Of a stretch of DNA of 64,000 nucleotides, positions 61,598 to 64,000 are shown piece by piece (positions within the stretch are counted from its first letter, which is position 1; the number at the start of each line of letters is the position of its first letter). The stretch is from Lingula anatina (taxonomy: Eukaryota; Animalia; Brachiopoda). The stretch spans positions 3,038,001-3,102,000 of the forward strand of contig CM120641.1 in assembly GCA_051362555.1 (NCBI GenBank). The letters are read 5' to 3'. The position numbers were made by a program, and so were the translations under genes. The notes beneath the pieces were generated by a model that saw only the letters and a program-made list of their open reading frames with translations, was not told the origin of the DNA and did not search any database.

Positions 61598-62534
61598 TTT
61601 AATGATTGCATCGTCCACTTCACCTGTTATCTTTTTTGCACAAGAGACACCATCTAAGACGCTCCTAATTCTGAGTAGCCCAAAATAACCTAAACATTTA
61701 CTAATTACAGACACTTTCGAATTTGTTACTAAGATAAGATTTTTAAGAAAGTTTGTAGGTGCAATAAAAATTCCACTCACTACATTTGCAATCATCTGTG
61801 ATTTAAATATACACGTAAGGTGCTGATATTATCTATGACATAATTTACCTTTATCAACCAGCGGTTCATACAAATGTTTTTTTTCTATATGTAAACAATT
61901 GCCATATGTCACATTAAAGTAAGATAAACAAATAAATGTCCTATAGACACTAACCCACATACTCTTTTCCAACTCACCTACAACCTCTCCAATGCTAGCC
62001 AAACTTATTCTGCGCATCAGGCGCCTTGGTTTTCCTTTGCCGACAGCATATTGGTCACCGGTTGCCATTTTTTAAAGCTAAAAATAGAATTTTAAAATTG
62101 GGCCAATTAAATTTGGCATTTCCCAAAATATAGCACTGTTCATTTAAATGCTGATCAAAATAAAAACAACAGATCGCTGCTCAGCACTGGCACTTTTCCA
62201 AATAACATATTCGACGAAAGTTAAGAGAAATCTTCAGTGCGTTTGACCCTAAGAGTAGGCTGAATGCGTTTGAGTTGTAAAGAACGGACAATGCAATTTC
62301 GCACCAAGTAACAGGGTTACGTGGGCACCTATTTCACGGCACGTATCTCACCTACTTTTCTTATAGTCAACAAACTAATCTGTAAATATTATGTAAGTTT
62401 TCAAGGTCACGCACAACCCTTTAAATGAAGCACAGTGTACCCATGGATAATACCCATGGAACACGGACTTTCGCCGCGTTTTCAATATTTTTGGATTTTT
62501 TAATGTCCAAAACATACAACGTTTACTTAAATAT

Positions 62535-63607
62535 TGTAGCAGTTTTTTTTATTCCCTCCAAAGATGATCGAGGGAAGAACCGTTCAGGTGGATACACCGA
62601 TGCCCGTTGTTTTGCGGTCCTGACACCAGCGTTAAACAAGTAACAAGAAACAAGTTTTTTAAAGTTCACAAACATGTAATTCAAACTCCAACTGTAAACC
62701 GTAACAATAAAGCGAAAGAATAATGCAACATCTCTGAAGTCAGTTTGAAAGTCAGTTCCTCATAATGTCCACACAGAGAGCCACGTTACACACGATCAAT
62801 TTCACACTAAAGTCTTAAAGCTCAACTGCAATGTTCTCCCTTTAAAAATATAAAGTCAACACGATTACTTAGTCCACTTAGAATGTACGTACACAGTTCC
62901 TCTCCTTCACTACGGATCCGGTTCACTGTACTTATGGGAAAGTAACGGGCTCGGGTATCTGAAACTCGGCCCTCAGGAAAGCGGGATTGCGACGGTCAAC
63001 ACATAAGTTCGCATCACATACTAGTAACTAGCTTGCTGTACTTCTAGAGGTAGCGGGCACGGTATCTTAAACTCGGCCCTCAGGGAAAAGCTAGATCCCC
63101 ACGGTTTCGGCTCGGCTGTCTCGGCTGGAGGCTCGGCTGATCGACTGGCTCGGCTGGTCACTCTGTGGTTGGCTGGATGCACGGTTGGGCGGCTGTCTCG
63201 GCTGGAAAGCAAAGTCTCTCTATTGCAGTGATAGCACACCTCGGTTAAAGCCTCATCGGCGTATTACCATTAGGAAGGTCAGATCACACCGCTCAAGCGA
63301 AAACGGGAAAAATTCAACCTCGCTGTTTGTTTTCCATCATAACTTCCAAGATATGGCTGCTTTGATAAATATGGAAATATATTTAAAAAGTGCACTGAAT
63401 GGGCTTTCTAACAATATATGTGTAACGATGTATCAATTATCTGTTGTAAGCCTCCATCCACGAAACTGCTGTGAGAAATCGCCAGTGATTTCACTTCCTC
63501 CTTTGGTTCCCAGTATTTACGAATTTTGCTCAACCTGCGTGTTTCGCGCCATTTTTCCAAAAGCTCCTTACGGCGTCTCGGATGTTATTTATTCGTATTT
63601 GGCCACA
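62535..63607 (-). mobile_element. Possible solo LTR
   Basis: Homology with the copy 2 upstream region stops at 62534. The GC-richer segment reads TGTGG...CTACA on the minus strand and has a ~40-bp internal direct repeat (62943, 63050). No matching TSD. Confidence 0.3.
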
Positions 63608-64000
63608 TATTCATGCAGAGAATGAACCAAGCCTTCTTCTGAGGGGTAACAGAAGGTGATTTAACCGAAAACAGCAACCACAACTCTCGGTTCAAATAAG
63701 TTTTCAAATAACTTATCATTTTTTGGTAAGACAGAGTCGTAACAGCCATTAGAAAATCAGTGACTTTGATCTTACCGCAAAATGGCGGACGCACTAAGCT
63801 GTTCTGCTGATGAAAAAGCAACTGCACTTTCAGCACCCAAAGAGGATGAAGATATAAGAATATCTAATCAGAAAATCTTTGAATTGTTCACGAAACCCAA
63901 GGATATTAATAAAACGTCTGCAATCGAAGAATATAGAATTTTACGTACGATATTGATGGGCCTAATACTTTTTTTCACCTTTGAACTCGTTAGTGATCAT

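Noticed and set aside
62943-63090. Ribozyme or structured RNA in the ~40-bp direct repeat
   Set aside because: No hammerhead or HDV core could be assigned; more simply an internal repeat of a retroelement-like segment.

Overview
AT-rich, intron-dense animal (invertebrate-like) genomic DNA; no prokaryotic operons, rRNA or CRISPR. The window holds a local cluster of three paralogous ASPG genes (type I L-asparaginase / 60-kDa lysophospholipase with C-terminal ankyrin repeats). Copy 1 is on + and its 5' part lies before the window. Copy 2 is on +, complete, 14 coding exons, about 648 aa, and has three tandem versions of the first coding exon. Copy 3 is on -, and an internal deletion ends its frame just after the asparaginase domain. 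Copies 2 and 3 converge around a 16-exon PPP1R36 homologue and a small two-exon orphan ORF. Introns and flanks carry many mobile elements that can be delimited against empty sites in the paralogues: two head-to-head Helentron-type HINEs bracketing one exon, a TIR element with a RecQ-helicase N-terminus, Harbinger-, Mutator- and mariner-like MITEs, RTE/RTEX/L2 LINE fragments and tandem duplications. The most notable observations are the ankyrin-less but otherwise open ASPG copy, the array of splice-compatible catalytic first exons, inverted repeats enclosing frame-preserving exons, and a hammerhead-like core in a long hairpin. Exon boundaries were read by eye; family assignments come from remembered motifs, not database searches.
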